The position numbers and the translations under genes were made by a program. This document shows, piece by piece, positions 12,770 through 24,106 of a stretch of DNA of 64,000 nt. Source of the DNA: an uncultured delta proteobacterium (GTDB lineage: Bacteria; Desulfobacterota; Binatia; Binatales; Binataceae); contig CAWJET010000001.1 of NCBI GenBank assembly GCA_963842085.1, positions 864,001 through 928,000 on the forward strand, written 5' to 3'. Each line of letters starts with the position of its first letter. Position 1 is the stretch's first letter. The notes beneath the pieces were generated by a model. That model searched no databases and was not told where the DNA came from. It worked only from the letters and a program-made list of their open reading frames with translations.

Positions 12770-13396
12770 CTATCTCGAGTAATGCTCGACGATCAGCTTC
12801 TCGCTGATCGGCATCGTCAGTTCAGCGCGCGCCGGCAGCGACCGGAGCGAGCCGCGGAATTGTTCGCGCTCGAGTGCCATCCACGGCGGTACGCCGCGGC
12901 GCTGCGCCATCTCGATTGCCTCGACGATCACCTTCTTGGTGCGGCTCGCCTCGGCCACACTGATAACACTGCCAACCTCGACCAGGGTCGAGGGAATCGT
13001 GACTTTCTTGCCGTTGACCTGGATGTGCCCGTGGCGAACCACCTGGCGCGCCTGCGCGAGCGAACTGGCAAAGCCGAGGCGATACACCACGTTGTCGAGG
13101 CGGCGCTCGAGCAGCACGAGCAGGTTCTCGCCGGTGATTCCGTCCATTCGCTCGGCCATCGCGAAGTATTCGGAGAACTGCCTTTCCATCAGCCCGTAGA
13201 TGCGCTTGACCTTCTGCTTCTCGCGCAACCGAATCGCGAATTCAGAAAAACGCGTGCGCGCCTGGCCGTGCGCGCCGGGCGGATAATTGCGCCGCTCGAT
13301 CGCGCACTTGTCGCTGTAGCATCGCTCTCCCTTGAGGAAAAGTTTCAGTCCTTCGCGCCGGCATAGCCGGCATACCGGACCCAGATTTCTAGCCAT
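12770..13396 (-). CDS. rpsD: 30S ribosomal protein S4
   Basis: CRLCRREG...PPGAHG...LERRLDNVV; Zn-binding form. Confidence 0.98.
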   Translation of the reverse strand: MARNLGPVCRLCRREGLKLFLKGERCYSDKCAIERRNYPPGAHGQARTRFSEFAIRLREKQKVKRIYGLMERQFSEYFAMAERMDGITGENLLVLLERRLDNVVYRLGFASSLAQARQVVRHGHIQVNGKKVTIPSTLVEVGSVISVAEASRTKKVIVEAIEMAQRRGVPPWMALEREQFRGSLRSLPARAELTMPISEKLIVEHYSR

Positions 13397-13490
13397 CTCT
13401 TTTTAGTGAATCCTTTTTTCAGTGAATCCGCTTGTTTGCGGACAAAAAGATCAAAATTTCCTTAGCTGTCAGTATTGTTGTTGCTCCGGT

Positions 13491-13964
13491 TCAGACTCGA
13501 CGCCGCTTCGGCGGACGGCATCCGTTGTGCGGGATCGGGGTGACGTCCTTGATCGAGATGACGCCGAGTCCAGTCGCTTGCAGCGCGCGCACGGCCGATT
13601 CGCGTCCTCCGCCCGGACCTTTGACGTGAACGACCACCGCACGCATCCCGACTTCCGAGCACTTGCGCGCACACGCCTCCGCCGCCATCTGTGCAGCGAA
13701 GGGCGTGCCCTTGCGCGAGCCCTTGAAGCCGACGGAGCCGGCGCTCGACCATGCGATCACGGTGCCCTGCTGATCGGTGATCGTCACGATGGTGTTGTTG
13801 AAGGTTGCGTGCACATGCGCGACGCCCTCGGGCACGTTGCGGCGCACCTTCTTGCGGCGCGGCGCAGGCGCGGGCGCTCCTGCGGCGCCTCCGGCAGCGG
13901 CGGGCGTCACGGCGGTGGCCTTCTTTTCGGGTGCGGCTTTGGTCTCTTTGATTTCTTCAGCCAT
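13491..13964 (-). CDS. rpsK: 30S ribosomal protein S11
   Basis: [30 protein letters not shown]; N-terminal extension. Confidence 0.98.
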   Translation of the reverse strand: MAEEIKETKAAPEKKATAVTPAAAGGAAGAPAPAPRRKKVRRNVPEGVAHVHATFNNTIVTITDQQGTVIAWSSAGSVGFKGSRKGTPFAAQMAAEACARKCSEVGMRAVVVHVKGPGGGRESAVRALQATGLGVISIKDVTPIPHNGCRPPKRRRV

Positions 13965-14034
13965 TCTTTTCAGTGAATCCGCTTTAGTGCTTGTAGTCGG
14001 GCGAAAATTTCCCTTCTCGCCTGCGTTTTATACG

Positions 14035-14418
14035 CTATCCCTTAGGCGGCGCCTGCTTCTTGCCCGCGACCACTTTGCGCGGACCTTTGCGCGTGCGCGC
14101 GTTGGTATGCGTGCGCTGGCCGCGCACCGGAAGTCCGCGACGATGCCGTATGCCGCGGTAGCATCCCAGGTCCATCAACCGCTTGATCGACTGCTGAAAG
14201 TCTCTCCGCAGATCGCCCTCAACCTCGTAGTCGGTATCGATCACCTGCCGGATGTGGACCTGCTGGTCAGCCGACAGATCGTCAGTCTTAATCGCGGGAT
14301 CGACCTTGGCGGCGGCGAGGATTTTCAGCGCGGCCGGCCGGCCTATTCCGTAGATATAGGTCAGCGCGATATCCATGCGCTTGTTCTTGGGCAGTTCTAC
14401 TCCAGCTATGCGTGCCAT
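14035..14418 (-). CDS. rpsM: 30S ribosomal protein S13
   Basis: MARIAGV...[17 protein letters not shown]. Confidence 0.98.
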   Translation of the reverse strand: MARIAGVELPKNKRMDIALTYIYGIGRPAALKILAAAKVDPAIKTDDLSADQQVHIRQVIDTDYEVEGDLRRDFQQSIKRLMDLGCYRGIRHRRGLPVRGQRTHTNARTRKGPRKVVAGKKQAPPKG

Positions 14419-14430
14419 CGCGAAACCTTC

Positions 14431-14544
14431 CTAGCCCTGGCGCTGCTTGTGGCGCGGGTTGGAGCACAGGATGCGCACGACGCCTTGGCGGCGCACCACC
14501 TTGCAGTTCTTGCAAATCTTTTTTACCGACGCTCGGACTTTCAT
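14431..14544 (-). CDS. rpmJ: 50S ribosomal protein L36
   Basis: Translated by hand: [37 protein letters not shown]. Confidence 0.97.
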   Translation of the reverse strand: MKVRASVKKICKNCKVVRRQGVVRILCSNPRHKQRQG

Positions 14545-14571
14545 CTTTTCAGTCTCGATTCAAGACGCGCG

Positions 14572-14790
14572 CTAGCGCATCCGGTACGTAATCCGGCCGC
14601 GCGTGAGGTCGTACGGCGACAGCTCAACCGTGACCTTGTCGCCGGCCAGAATCTTGATGTAATGCATCCTCATTTTGCCCGAGATATGAGCCAACACCTT
14701 GTGCCCGTTGTCGAGCGTCACCCTGAACACTGCATTGGGGAGCGCTTCCTGCACCGTCCCCTGTACTTCGATCGCGTCGCCCTTAGACAT
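14572..14790 (-). CDS. infA: Translation initiation factor IF-1
   Basis: [24 protein letters not shown]. Confidence 0.98.
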   Translation of the reverse strand: MSKGDAIEVQGTVQEALPNAVFRVTLDNGHKVLAHISGKMRMHYIKILAGDKVTVELSPYDLTRGRITYRMR

Positions 14791-15553
14791 TTTCGAGTTC
14801 GCTTAGAATTTCCGGCCCGTTGGAAGTAATCGCGATGGAGTGCTCGAAGTGGGCAGATAGTTTACCGTCCGCCGTCACCGCAGTCCAGCCATCGGAAAGT
14901 ATCTCCAAATCGGGGCTTCCCTCGTTAACCATCGGCTCGATCGCGAGCGCCATTCCCTCGCGCAGGCGCGGATTAGGCATCCCGGGACGAAAGTAATTCG
15001 GCACCTGCGGATCCTCATGCAGCCGGCGGCCGATCCCGTGTCCGGCGAAGTCCGTCACCACCGAAAACCCCGCGCGCTCGACCGTGGCCTGCACCGCGCG
15101 CGCGATGTCGCTAATACGATTGCCCGCGCGGGCCTGCGCGATTCCCGCGTAGAGCGACTCGCGCGTCACCTTCAGCAGTCTCGTCACGCGTTCCGGCACC
15201 TGACCGACCGCGACCGTGCGCGCGGAATCGCCGTAGAAGCCCTCGTACACTACGCCGAAGTCGAGGCCGACGATGTCGCCCGCCTTCAGTTTGCGGCTCG
15301 ACGGGATGCCGTGGACGATCTCGTTGTTAATCGACACGCACAGGCACTTGGGGTAAACGACGTCACCGGGCTTGTAACCCTTGAACGCCGGCTTCGCGCC
15401 TTTTTTGTAGGTCAGGTCCTCGGCCAGCCTGTCGAGCTCCTCGGTCGTGATTCCGGGGCGCGCTGCGGCGGCCAGCGCCTCGAGGATCTCGGCGACGATT
15501 TGGCTCGCATGGCGCATCACGGCGATCTCCGCCGGGGTTTTTATCGTAATCAT
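14783..15553 (-). CDS. map: Methionine aminopeptidase type I
   Basis: HGIP, GDSART, GHGIG, EPM, SAHFEH motifs; start at MITIK. Confidence 0.96.
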   Translation of the reverse strand: MITIKTPAEIAVMRHASQIVAEILEALAAAARPGITTEELDRLAEDLTYKKGAKPAFKGYKPGDVVYPKCLCVSINNEIVHGIPSSRKLKAGDIVGLDFGVVYEGFYGDSARTVAVGQVPERVTRLLKVTRESLYAGIAQARAGNRISDIARAVQATVERAGFSVVTDFAGHGIGRRLHEDPQVPNYFRPGMPNPRLREGMALAIEPMVNEGSPDLEILSDGWTAVTADGKLSAHFEHSIAITSNGPEILSELENV

Positions 15554-15572
15554 GATCCTGCTCTCCAAGGCT

Positions 15573-16232
15573 TCACTTGGGCGGCGCGACTCCGTTAACC
15601 GCCAGCAGGATTCGCTTCTCGACTTCGTCGGTGCGCCCCACTCCGTCAACCTGCGCGAGCAGTCCGAGCCGCGCGTAATGATCGAGCAGCGGCCGCGTCG
15701 TCTCCGCATAGACCTTGAGCCGTTCGCGCACGGTTTCCTCGGCGTCGTCGTCGCGCTGATAGAGTTCGCCGCCGCACTTGTCGCACACGCCCGGTTTCTT
15801 CGGCGGCTCGAAGACTACGTGATACATCGCGTTACAATTCCTGCAGGTGCGCCGTCCCGAAATTCGCTTCACGATTTCTTCGTCCGGCACTATCACCGCG
15901 ACAACCTTGTCGAGCTTCAGCCCCGCGCGCTCGAGTCCCGCCGCCAGCGCCTCGGCCTGCTTGACGTTGCGCGGGAAGCCGTCGAGGATGAATCCGGGGC
16001 GGGCGTCTTCCTTTCGCAGGCGCGCCGCTACCAGCTTGAGCACCAGTTCATCGGGGACCAACTGCCCGCGATCCATGTAGCTGGCTGCTTCGCGGCCAAG
16101 CTCCGAGTCTTCGCGCACGACTGCGCGCAACAGATCGCCGCTGGCAACCTGCGGGATACCCCAGAGCGCGCCCAACGCTCGCGCTTGCGTACCCTTGCCC
16201 GCACCCGGCGGGCCCAGCAGCACCAGGCGCAC
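15573..16232 (-). CDS. adk: Adenylate kinase
   Basis: GPPGAGKGTQ, DGFPR; Zn-type LID CRNC...CDKC. Confidence 0.97.
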   Translation of the reverse strand: MRLVLLGPPGAGKGTQARALGALWGIPQVASGDLLRAVVREDSELGREAASYMDRGQLVPDELVLKLVAARLRKEDARPGFILDGFPRNVKQAEALAAGLERAGLKLDKVVAVIVPDEEIVKRISGRRTCRNCNAMYHVVFEPPKKPGVCDKCGGELYQRDDDAEETVRERLKVYAETTRPLLDHYARLGLLAQVDGVGRTDEVEKRILLAVNGVAPPK

Positions 16233-16235
16233 CAG

Positions 16236-17543
16236 CTAGGCGCCCCTCTTGGTCTTGACCCGCCCGCGGCGCATGAAGCCTTCGTAGTTGCGGGTCAGCA
16301 GATGGGTTTCGATTTGCGCAACCGTGTCGAGAGCCACGCCCACGACGATCAGAAGCGCGGTGCCACCGAAGAAAAACGGCACGTTGAAGCGCGCGATCAG
16401 AATCGTCGGCAGCACGCACACGGCGCTGACGTAAACCGCGCCGCCGAGCGTGATCCGCGACAGCACGCGGTCGATATAGTCGGCGGTGAAACGCCCGGGC
16501 CGGATTCCCGGGATGAAGCCGCCGTACTTTTTCAGATTGTCGGCGACGTCGACCGGATTAAAGGTGACCGAGGTGTAGAAGTAACAGAAGAAGACGATCA
16601 GCGCGACGTAAACCAGGTCGTAGTAGAATCCGCCCGGCGTCAGGTAGCTCGAGTACGGTTTCAGAAATGGAACGAAGGTCGCCAGCGTCGCCGGGAACAC
16701 CAGCAGCGCCGAGGCAAAAATCGGTGGAATAACGCCGGAGGTGTTGATCTTCAGCGGCAGATGCGAACTCTGGCCGCCGTACACGCGCCGTCCGACTACG
16801 CGCCGCGCGTACTGAATCGGGATGCGCCGCTGGGCGGTCTCTATGTAAACGATGCCGGCGATCACCGCGAGAGCGACTGCCAGGATGAAGATGAGCAAAA
16901 AGATGCTCATTTCGCCCTCGCGCACGAACTGCGCCGTGGTGCTGATCGCGCTGGGCAGACGCGCCACGATTCCCGCCATGATGATCAGCGAGATGCCGTT
17001 GCCGATTCCGCGCTCGGTAATCTGCTCGCCAATCCACATCAGGAACATCGTGCCCGCCGTGACCGTGATAACAGTCATCACGATAAATCCCGGTCCGGGA
17101 TTGTAAACGATGCTGCCGCCGCCGGGGGCCTGAATCTTTTCGAGCGAGAACGCGATCATCGTGCCCTGGAACAGCGCCAGGGCTACGGTGCCGTAGCGCG
17201 TGTACTGGGTTATCTTGCGGCGGCCCGCCTCGCCTTCCTTGTAGAGCTCGTCGAGATAGGGCGACGCGATTTTCAGCAGGTCGAGGACGATGGCGACCGA
17301 GATGTACGGCATGATGCCGAGCGCCAGGACCGAGAAGCGCTCGAGCGCGCCGCCCGAAAACAGGTTGACCCATCCGAACAGCGTGCCGCTGGCCGCGTCG
17401 AAGAACGATGCGAGCGCCTGGCCGTCGATGCCGGGGGTCGGCACGGCCACGCCGATGCGGTACACGGCCAGCATGAGGGCCGTGAACACCAGCCGTCGGC
17501 GCAACTCCGGGATGCGCGAGGCGTTTGAAAACCCATCGAGCAT
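16236..17543 (-). CDS. secY: Preprotein translocase SecY
   Basis: LGIMPYI, GIGNGISL, IPGIRPG, FGGT motifs. Confidence 0.98.
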   Translation of the reverse strand: MLDGFSNASRIPELRRRLVFTALMLAVYRIGVAVPTPGIDGQALASFFDAASGTLFGWVNLFSGGALERFSVLALGIMPYISVAIVLDLLKIASPYLDELYKEGEAGRRKITQYTRYGTVALALFQGTMIAFSLEKIQAPGGGSIVYNPGPGFIVMTVITVTAGTMFLMWIGEQITERGIGNGISLIIMAGIVARLPSAISTTAQFVREGEMSIFLLIFILAVALAVIAGIVYIETAQRRIPIQYARRVVGRRVYGGQSSHLPLKINTSGVIPPIFASALLVFPATLATFVPFLKPYSSYLTPGGFYYDLVYVALIVFFCYFYTSVTFNPVDVADNLKKYGGFIPGIRPGRFTADYIDRVLSRITLGGAVYVSAVCVLPTILIARFNVPFFFGGTALLIVVGVALDTVAQIETHLLTRNYEGFMRRGRVKTKRGA

Positions 17544-18008
17544 TTAGCTTTCGGGCGCTACCAACTCCGCGACGCCGCCTGCGGCGGCGATTTTGTCCAG
17601 CGCGCTTTTCGAGAACGCATCGGCGCGCACTTTAATCTTACTCTTCAAGTCGCCGTCGCCTAAAACCTTGACCTTGCGCCCGGCCGGGATCAGTCCGCGC
17701 GCGGCGAGCGCGGCCGCATCGATCGTGACGCCCGCATCAAAGTCGCCCAGACGCGACAGGTTCACAATCGCGAATTCGTCGCGCCGCGCCTGGTTCTTCA
17801 GCGTGCGACGAAACCCCTGTTTGGGCAAGCGCCGCTGCAGTGGCATCTGGCCGCCTTCGTAGCTCGGCGGCGTGTTGCCATGAGAACGCGCGCCTAATCC
17901 CTTGTGGCCGCGGCCCGAGGTCTTGCCGTGGCCGGAGCCGATTCCCCTGCCGACGCGGCGTTCGCGATGCGTCGAGCCGCGGGCCGGTTTCAGATCCTTC
18001 AAATCCAT
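17544..18008 (-). CDS. rplO: 50S ribosomal protein L15
   Basis: GRGIGSGHGKTSGRGHKG, EGGQMPL. Confidence 0.98.
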   Translation of the reverse strand: MDLKDLKPARGSTHRERRVGRGIGSGHGKTSGRGHKGLGARSHGNTPPSYEGGQMPLQRRLPKQGFRRTLKNQARRDEFAIVNLSRLGDFDAGVTIDAAALAARGLIPAGRKVKVLGDGDLKSKIKVRADAFSKSALDKIAAAGGVAELVAPES

Positions 18009-18016
18009 GACTGCGC

Positions 18017-18199
18017 CTAATCCTTGAGCTCGACCACCAGGTGCTTCAGCCGCTTGACCATCCCTTCGACCGCGGCGCTGCGCTTGAGCTCGCGCACGCT
18101 GCCGACTTTGCCCAAGCCAAGGCCCTTGACCGTCTCGCGCACGCGCTTGGTGGTGCTGATCGGACTGCCGACGAGTTTGACGCGAATTTTATCGGACAT
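18017..18199 (-). CDS. rpmD: 50S ribosomal protein L30
   Basis: Size, position and LVGSPI...GLGL motif. Confidence 0.95.
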   Translation of the reverse strand: MSDKIRVKLVGSPISTTKRVRETVKGLGLGKVGSVRELKRSAAVEGMVKRLKHLVVELKD

Positions 18200-18211
18200 A
18201 CTGAACCTCGA

Positions 18212-18757
18212 TCAGGCGGCCGCTTCGGGATGGTTCGGTGTGCGTCCGCGAAGCCGATTAATATCCTGCACGCTGCGCAGTTCGGCCAAAGCCTCCAGCG
18301 TCGCTTTGACCAGGTTGTGAGGATTCGACGACCCCAGCCGCTTGGTCAAAATGTTGCGGATTCCCGCCAGTTCGACCACGGCGCGTACGCCGCCCGCCGC
18401 GATGACTCCGGTGCCCTCGGCTGCGGGCCGCAGCACGACGCGGCCCGCGCCGAAACGTCCGACCACTTCGTGCGGAATCGTGCCTTCCTGAATCGGCACG
18501 CGCACCAGGCTTTTCTTGGCGCGATCGACGCCCTTGCGAATCGCCTCGGGCACTTCGTTGGCTTTGCCCAGGCCGAATCCGACCAGCCCGTTGTGATCGC
18601 CCGCGACGACCAGCGCGCTGAAGCTGAAGCGCCGTCCGCCCTTGACGACTTTCGCGACGCGGTTGATATGCACGACCTTCTCTTTGATCTCGAGGCCCTG
18701 CGGATCGATTCGCTGCGTGACAGCGCCCTCTCTAAGTGTTCGTTGCCTACCGTTCAA
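18212..18757 (-). CDS. rpsE: 30S ribosomal protein S5 (start uncertain)
   Basis: [23 protein letters not shown]; nearest canonical start is a TTG overlapping the rplR stop. Confidence 0.95.
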   Translation of the reverse strand: MNGRQRTLREGAVTQRIDPQGLEIKEKVVHINRVAKVVKGGRRFSFSALVVAGDHNGLVGFGLGKANEVPEAIRKGVDRAKKSLVRVPIQEGTIPHEVVGRFGAGRVVLRPAAEGTGVIAAGGVRAVVELAGIRNILTKRLGSSNPHNLVKATLEALAELRSVQDINRLRGRTPNHPEAAA

Positions 18758-19116
18758 AATTTTAACCCCGCTTCGCGCGCCGCATCGGCCAGCGCCTTGA
18801 CGCGGCCGTGGTAGAGAAACCCGTTTCGGTCGAACACCACGCTCGAAATCCCGCTCTGGAGGCATCGCTCGGCAATCGCCTTGCCCACGGCCTTGGCCGC
18901 CGCCAGATCGCGCTTGCTCTTGAGCCCCTCGCGCACGCCGGCAGTGGCGGTGGAAGCCGCGGCCAGCGTACGTCCGCTCTCGTCTGAGATAACCTGGACG
19001 TAAATGTGATGCAGCGAGCGGAAGACCGAGAGCCGCGGGCGCTGGTCGTTGCCGACCGCCTTGCGCCGCACCCGGTGCTGGCGCAGCTTGCGTTTTTCTG
19101 ATCGCTCTACCGCCAT
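18754..19116 (-). CDS. rplR: 50S ribosomal protein L18
   Basis: [21 protein letters not shown]. Confidence 0.98.
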   Translation of the reverse strand: MAVERSEKRKLRQHRVRRKAVGNDQRPRLSVFRSLHHIYVQVISDESGRTLAAASTATAGVREGLKSKRDLAAAKAVGKAIAERCLQSGISSVVFDRNGFLYHGRVKALADAAREAGLKF

Positions 19117-19136
19117 AATCGCAACGACCTTTTTGC

Positions 19137-19688
19137 CTATGCCGCGGTCGAGCCCGCCGCAGCCTTGCCAGCCTTGCGGCGAATCGTCTCGGTCGCGTAC
19201 TTGATTCCCTTGCCCTTGTACGGTTCCGGCGGCCTGAGTTCGCGAATCTGCGCCGCGACCGTCCCGAGCAACTGCCGGTCCGCACTCTCGAGCGTGACGG
19301 TCACCTGTTTCTCGACCTTCGCGGTGACCCCTGGAGGAAGCTGATAGACGATCGGATGCGAATAGCCGAGCGTCAGGTTCACCTGCTGGCCCTTGGCCTC
19401 CGCGCGATAGCCGACGCCGTTTATTTCGAGCACGCGGGTAAAGCCCTTGCCCACGCCCTCGACCATGTTGGCGACCAGTTTGCGCATGAGACCGTGGATG
19501 GCGCGCTCTTCACTCGTGTCGCCCGGACGCTTCACGACGATTTCCGAGTCCTTGATCTCGGCGGTGAAACCGGGGTGAAGCCTGAGCTCGAGCTTGCCCT
19601 TGGGGCCCTCGACTTTGAGCGTCCCGCCGGCGAGCGACGCCTTGACGCTCTTGTCGAGATGAATCGGCAGTCTTCCTATTCGCGACAT
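19137..19688 (-). CDS. rplF: 50S ribosomal protein L6
   Basis: [20 protein letters not shown]. Confidence 0.98.
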   Translation of the reverse strand: MSRIGRLPIHLDKSVKASLAGGTLKVEGPKGKLELRLHPGFTAEIKDSEIVVKRPGDTSEERAIHGLMRKLVANMVEGVGKGFTRVLEINGVGYRAEAKGQQVNLTLGYSHPIVYQLPPGVTAKVEKQVTVTLESADRQLLGTVAAQIRELRPPEPYKGKGIKYATETIRRKAGKAAAGSTAA

Positions 19689-19694
19689 CGCTGA

Positions 19695-20093
19695 TTACCA
19701 GACCCTGCAGAGGATTTCGCCGCCGACTTTCCTGCGCCGCGCCTCGCGCCCGGTCATCACGCCAAGCGGCGTCGATACGATTTGCACGCCCATCGCGCCG
19801 CGCACCTTGCCGATCTCCGCGGCGCCCGCGTAGCGCCGATTGCTCGGCTTGCTGATGCGATCGATGCCGCGAATGACCGATTCGCGCGTTGGTGAGTAGC
19901 GAAGTTTGAGCGCCAGCATCTTCTTCGGCGCTTCACCGCCAACTTCGACGCCGCCGAGAAAGCCTTCGGCCATCAGCACGCGGCAAATCGCCTCGCGCAG
20001 CCGTGAATGGGGCACCGTGAGTTCATTGTACCGCGCGCGCATCGCGTTGCGGATTCGCGTGAGCAGTTCTGCAATCGGATCGGTCTGCGACAT
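19695..20093 (-). CDS. rpsH: 30S ribosomal protein S8
   Basis: DPIAELLTRIRNA, GGEILC. Confidence 0.98.
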   Translation of the reverse strand: MSQTDPIAELLTRIRNAMRARYNELTVPHSRLREAICRVLMAEGFLGGVEVGGEAPKKMLALKLRYSPTRESVIRGIDRISKPSNRRYAGAAEIGKVRGAMGVQIVSTPLGVMTGREARRRKVGGEILCRVW

Positions 20094-20105
20094 GATTCGT
20101 CTCTT

Positions 20106-20291
20106 TTACCAGCTCGCCTTGATCACGCCCGGCAGCTTGCCGTCGAGCGCCAGTTTGCGCAGGCATAGCCTGCACATCTTGAAACGCCGGTAGTACGCGC
20201 GCGAGCGTCCGCACAGCGGGCAGCGGTTGTACTGGCGCACTTTGAATTTTTGTTTGCGGGTTGCCTTAACCCGCAGGCACGTTTTCGCCAT
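20106..20291 (-). CDS. rpsN: 30S ribosomal protein S14 (61 aa, Zn-binding type Z)
   Basis: RCPLCGR...CRLC...KASW. Confidence 0.97.
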   Translation of the reverse strand: MAKTCLRVKATRKQKFKVRQYNRCPLCGRSRAYYRRFKMCRLCLRKLALDGKLPGVIKASW

Positions 20292-20301
20292 TCGACTGTC
20301 C

Positions 20302-21141
20302 TTATGCCCCCTGCTCCGGCGTCGGCGGCGGCGCTGCCGCCGCTGCGACCGCAGCTTTCGCGGCCGCATGAGCCTGCGCGACTGCGGCCGCCCTGGCGGC
20401 GTCCGCCTCGCGCTCGGCCGCTCCGCGCATCGGCATCCCGAGCGCGCGCAGGAGAGTCAGCCCTTCGAAATCGCTGCGCGCCGTGGTCGTGATCGAAATC
20501 GTCAAGCCCTTAACCTTCTCGACCTTGTCGAGGTTGAGTTCGGGAAAAATCGTATGTTCCTTCAGCCCGAGCGAGTAATTGCCGCGGCCGTCGAACGCCT
20601 TGTCGCTGACGCCGCGGAAGTCACGCACGCGCGGCAGCGAGATATTCACCAGCCGGTCGAAAAACTCCCACATCTTTTCGCGCCGCAGCGTTACCATCAC
20701 GCCGATCGGCATCCCCTGGCGCAGCTTGAAGTTCGATATCGCCTTGCGCGCGCGCGTCAGTACCGGCTTCTGCCCGGCAATCACCTTGAGCTCCTCGAGA
20801 GCGGAATCGAGAACCTTGACGTTGTCGCGCGCTTCCTGCAGCGCCATGTTGATCGTGATCTTCTTAAGCCGCGGCACCCGCATCTTGTTGTCGATTTTGA
20901 GCTCGCGCATCAGCGCCGGCGCGATCTCATTCTCGAACCGAACGCGCAGGCGCGCGGGCAGCTTGGGTTCCGGCGGCAGCGGCGCCGCCGCCGCGGCCTT
21001 GGCCTCTTCGGCCGCCTGCTTCTGCTGAGCCTGCCGGGCCTTGCCTTCGCGCTTGGCCTTGGCCGCCTGGTCGGACTTGGCGGTCTGCTCGGCCTTGGCC
21101 GCCTGCTCGGCCTTGTCGGGCTTTTCCTTTTTGTCGGCCAT
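20302..21141 (-). CDS. rplE: 50S ribosomal protein L5 with long N- and C-terminal extensions
   Basis: [16 protein letters not shown] core; 279 aa. Confidence 0.97.
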   Translation of the reverse strand: MADKKEKPDKAEQAAKAEQTAKSDQAAKAKREGKARQAQQKQAAEEAKAAAAAPLPPEPKLPARLRVRFENEIAPALMRELKIDNKMRVPRLKKITINMALQEARDNVKVLDSALEELKVIAGQKPVLTRARKAISNFKLRQGMPIGVMVTLRREKMWEFFDRLVNISLPRVRDFRGVSDKAFDGRGNYSLGLKEHTIFPELNLDKVEKVKGLTISITTTARSDFEGLTLLRALGMPMRGAAEREADAARAAAVAQAHAAAKAAVAAAAAPPPTPEQGA

Positions 21142-21473
21142 CAGTCGTTACCTATAGCTTCGCCGCATCGCCGGCAGACGCGGGTCTTGTCGCCGTCGCC
21201 GGCAATCTTGACCCCGACCCTGACCGGGGCGTTGCAGCGATCGCAAAAAATCATGACGTTCGAGATGGCGATGGGCGCTTCCTTCTCGACGATTCCACCG
21301 GGGCTCTGCGCGCCGCGCGGCTTGCTGTGACGCTTGACGATATTGAGCCGCTCGATCACGACGCGTCCGCGTTCGGGCAGCACACGCATTACCTTGCCGG
21401 TCTTGCCGCGGTCGCGGCCGGTGACGACCATCACAGTGTCATTCTTCTTAATCTTGCATTTCGCCGACGCCAT
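21141..21473 (-). CDS. rplX: 50S ribosomal protein L24
   Basis: [18 protein letters not shown] motif, EAPIAISNV. Confidence 0.97.
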   Translation of the reverse strand: MASAKCKIKKNDTVMVVTGRDRGKTGKVMRVLPERGRVVIERLNIVKRHSKPRGAQSPGGIVEKEAPIAISNVMIFCDRCNAPVRVGVKIAGDGDKTRVCRRCGEAIGND

Positions 21474-21841
21474 CACAGCACCTCCGGCGCGAGCGAGATT
21501 ATTTTCAGAAATTTCTTCGCACGAAGTTCCCTGGCCACGGGGCCGAAGATGCGGGTGCCGACCGGTTCGTGATCCTTGTCGAGCAGCACGGCGGAGTTTT
21601 CGTCGAAGCGGATGTAACTGCCGTCGTCGCGACTGATTTCCTTGGCCGTGCGCACGATCACCGCGCGCGACACGTCGCCTTTTTTGACCTTGGCGTTGGG
21701 AATCGCCTCTTTCACTGCGACCACGATCACGTCTCCGACCGACGCGTACCGGCGCTTGGAGCCGCCGATCACCTTGATGCACATCACTTTGCGGGCGCCC
21801 GAGTTGTCGGCGACATCCAGAACGGTTTGTACCTGCACCAT
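21473..21841 (-). CDS. rplN: 50S ribosomal protein L14
   Basis: [19 protein letters not shown]. Confidence 0.98.
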   Translation of the reverse strand: MVQVQTVLDVADNSGARKVMCIKVIGGSKRRYASVGDVIVVAVKEAIPNAKVKKGDVSRAVIVRTAKEISRDDGSYIRFDENSAVLLDKDHEPVGTRIFGPVARELRAKKFLKIISLAPEVL

Positions 21842-21847
21842 CGCGCG

Positions 21848-22102
21848 CTACCCCGCAGCCTTTTTGAGGACGCGGCTGACGCGCCAGCGCTTGTTCTTCG
21901 AGAGCGGACGCGACTCGATAATCTGCACGCGGTCGCCTTCCTTGCACTCGCCGCGCTCGTCATGCGCCATGAACTTGGTGCTGCGGCGCACGCGCTTGCC
22001 GTACAGGGCATGCTCGACCATGCGGTCGACCCTGACCAACACGGTCTTGGTCATCTTGGCGGACACCACCGTGCCCTCGCGCCGTTTAATTCGCTCCCGC
22101 AT
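21848..22102 (-). CDS. rpsQ: 30S ribosomal protein S17
   Basis: [19 protein letters not shown]. Confidence 0.98.
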   Translation of the reverse strand: MRERIKRREGTVVSAKMTKTVLVRVDRMVEHALYGKRVRRSTKFMAHDERGECKEGDRVQIIESRPLSKNKRWRVSRVLKKAAG

Positions 22103-22305
22103 TGCCTTCCTTCTTGTCCGCCGCCTCGCGGCGCGCCTTCTCGCCGAGCAAAGTCATGATCAGCGCCAGCTCGCGGCGCGCGCGCCGGTAGCCGGCGTGA
22201 TTATCGAGCTGATTGGTGCGCAGCTTCAGGCGCAGGCGGAACACTTCCTCGCGCGCCTCGCGCTCCTTGACCCGCAAATCCGGCGCGGTCATCTGCCTGA
22301 GTTCG

Positions 22306-22316
<11 letters not shown>
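22086..22316 (-). CDS. rpmC: 50S ribosomal protein L29
   Basis: Position and helical L29 pattern; TTG start. Confidence 0.93.
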
Positions 22317-22731
<415 letters not shown>

Positions 22732-22740
22732 CTTACTTCG

Positions 22741-23418
22741 TCAATTCGCCTGCGCCGGCGCGCCAGCGCGTTTCGCGTCCGCATCCTTGCGGGTGAGAAC
22801 TTCGCCCCTGAAAATCCAGACCTTCACGCCGATCTGGCCGTAGGTCGTGCGCGCTTCGGCAAAGCCGTAGGCCACGTCCGCGCGCAGCGTCTGCAGCGGC
22901 ACGCGGCCTTCGCGGTACCATTCCTGGCGCGCGATTTCCGCACCGCCCAGCCGTCCCGCGACGTGCACCTTGACGCCCTGCGCACCCATCCGCATCGCGC
23001 GCGTGACGGCCTCTTTCATCGCGCGGCGAAACGCCACGCGGCGCTCGAGCTGGAGCGCGATATTCTCGGCCACGAGCTGCGGGTCGAGGTCGGGGCGGCG
23101 CACCTCGTGGATATTGATAAACGAGTCGCGCCCCTTCATCAGCTTCTGGATGTCGAGCTTGAGCTTGTCGATCTCCGCGCCCTTCTTGCCGATGACGATG
23201 CCTGGACGCGCCGTGTAGATATTTATCTTGGCCTTGTTGGCCATCCGCTCGATTTCAATCCGCGAGATGCCCGCGTGGTAGAGCCGCTTCTTGATAAAAT
23301 CACGCAGCTTCAAATCTTCGTGCAGCAGCTTGGCGTAGTCGTGGCTCGCATACCATCGGGAGTCCCAGCTCTCGATGATGCCGAGGCGAAAACCGCGCGG
23401 ATGTACTTTCTGTCCCAT
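22741..23418 (-). CDS. rpsC: 30S ribosomal protein S3
   Basis: [23 protein letters not shown]. Confidence 0.98.
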   Translation of the reverse strand: MGQKVHPRGFRLGIIESWDSRWYASHDYAKLLHEDLKLRDFIKKRLYHAGISRIEIERMANKAKINIYTARPGIVIGKKGAEIDKLKLDIQKLMKGRDSFINIHEVRRPDLDPQLVAENIALQLERRVAFRRAMKEAVTRAMRMGAQGVKVHVAGRLGGAEIARQEWYREGRVPLQTLRADVAYGFAEARTTYGQIGVKVWIFRGEVLTRKDADAKRAGAPAQAN

Positions 23419-23426
23419 AGGAGACC

Positions 23427-23765
23427 TCAGGACGCCCGTTCGTCCACGATTACCGTGAGATGGCTGGTGCGTTTGTGGATCGGCGTCGCATGCATATGCG
23501 CGCGCGTGAGCGAGCGCTTCCAGGTCGGCCCGGTGTCGGCCGTCGCGCGTTTTACAAACAACTTGTCCTCGTCGATGTTCTGCTGATCGCGTGCGTTGGC
23601 GATTGCGGCGAGCAGAGTCTTCGAGACGAATCGGGCCGCCTTTTTGGGCGTGAACTCGAGAATCGACAGCGCCTGATCGACTTGCTTGCCCGCGATCAGT
23701 TCGCACACAAGCTGGAGCTTGCGCGGCGAGATCCTGATAAAGCGCGTACGCGACACGGATTCCAT
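23427..23765 (-). CDS. rplV: 50S ribosomal protein L22
   Basis: RISPRK, KRTSHLT. Confidence 0.97.
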   Translation of the reverse strand: MESVSRTRFIRISPRKLQLVCELIAGKQVDQALSILEFTPKKAARFVSKTLLAAIANARDQQNIDEDKLFVKRATADTGPTWKRSLTRAHMHATPIHKRTSHLTVIVDERAS

Positions 23766-23771
23766 GACCGC

Positions 23772-24101
23772 TTACGCCTTGGCCGCCGCAGGCGGTGCTG
23801 CCAGCGCGGCGGGAGCGGCTGCCGCCTTCACTTCGCCCTTGCGATCGCCGGCATGACCGTGGAAAGTGCGGGTCGGCGCGAATTCGCCGAGCTTGTGGCC
23901 GACCATATTCTCGGTGCAGTACACCGGGATGAACTTGTGGCCGTTATGGACGGCGAACGTCAGCGCGATCATGTCCGGCGTGATCATCGAGCGCCGCGAC
24001 CAGGTCTTGATGATTCGCTTGTCACCCGAGGCGGTCGCGGACGTGACTTTCTTCTGTAGATGGCCGTCGACGAACGGACCTTTTTTAAGTGACCTGGCCA
24101 T
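23772..24101 (-). CDS. rpsS: 30S ribosomal protein S19
   Basis: [19 protein letters not shown]. Confidence 0.98.
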   Translation of the reverse strand: MARSLKKGPFVDGHLQKKVTSATASGDKRIIKTWSRRSMITPDMIALTFAVHNGHKFIPVYCTENMVGHKLGEFAPTRTFHGHAGDRKGEVKAAAAPAALAAPPAAAKA

Positions 24102-24106
24102 AACTC

